A DNA stretch of 64,000 nucleotides from Candidatus Poribacteria bacterium (GTDB lineage Bacteria; Poribacteria; WGA-4E; WGA-3G), in the NCBI GenBank assembly GCA_963663765.2, contig CAXXUA010000006.1:384001-448000 (forward strand), read 5' to 3'. Below, one piece after another: positions 63,607 through 64,000 of this stretch. The notes beneath the pieces are model-generated. The model ran no database searches. It was not told the origin of the DNA and saw only the letters and a list, made by a program, of their open reading frames with translations. A program made the position numbers and the translations under genes. Each line of letters begins with the position of its first letter. Positions within the stretch are counted from its first letter, which is position 1.

Positions 63607-64000
63607 TAATATTTATGAGATACGCTCTAGTAATGGTGATGGGACACTCGCTACTATTAAGTTTAAAGTAAACGCAATTAGAACTTCAAAATTGGGTTTA
63701 CGAGATGTCATCTTATCCGACCCCGAAGGCAATAAATCTTATGCATGGATTGAAGGAGTACAATTGCTAAAAAACACAATTACAGAGGATGGTCAAAGTA
63801 TCACCTGCTCAACAAATATCAGTGAAGACGTGAATAAGGATTGCCTTGTCAATATCCAAGATTTAATCCTTGTTGCTACTAAATTTGGACATGGAGGGGG
63901 AATTGCAGCAGCTGTTAATAGTGACGGAAGGGTTGACATCATTGACCTTGTCCTAGTCGCTGGGTCATTCGGAGATACTGCGGGTGCGCCAGCAGTCTAT
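63607..64000 (+). pseudogene. Fragment of a cohesin plus dockerin-like secreted protein; 5' part disrupted, runs off the window
   Basis: Open frame: SNGDGTLATIKF...EDVNKDCLVNIQDLILVA...VNSDGRVDIIDLVLVAGSFG. Confidence 0.7.

Overview
AT-rich (~40% GC) bacterial window. Gene families such as cohesin/dockerin-like and FRG-TPR proteins, plus a very heavy MITE/REP load, suggest a Candidatus Poribacteria-like genome (inference). Main contents: (1) a complete type I-B CRISPR-Cas locus (cas6, cas8b, cas7, cas5, cas3, cas4, cas1, cas2) with a ~116-repeat array, a second fragmented array using a 1-nt variant repeat, and a degenerate mini-array; (2) an ~11 kb halogenase-containing type II PKS/FAS-like cluster lying between two pieces of the second array; (3) an Omp85/DUF4956/SdiA-regulated operon, an intact IS50-like IS4 element, a 1.1 kaa primase/helicase-like gene and its shattered paralog, FRG-TPR genes bracketed by a 125-bp direct repeat, and thiO; (4) many nested MITEs and tandemly amplified GTAG-type REP hairpins. 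The strongest finding is a mini-array spacer matching 16/17 nt, with a 5'-CCA PAM, immediately downstream of the perfect TTGACA-17-TATAAT promoter of the cas8b operon, a probable crRNA-like autorepressor. Also notable: repeated MITE insertion into CRISPR repeats (twice at the same nucleotide) and the unusual biosynthetic cluster. All annotations come from motif reading; no database searches were run.
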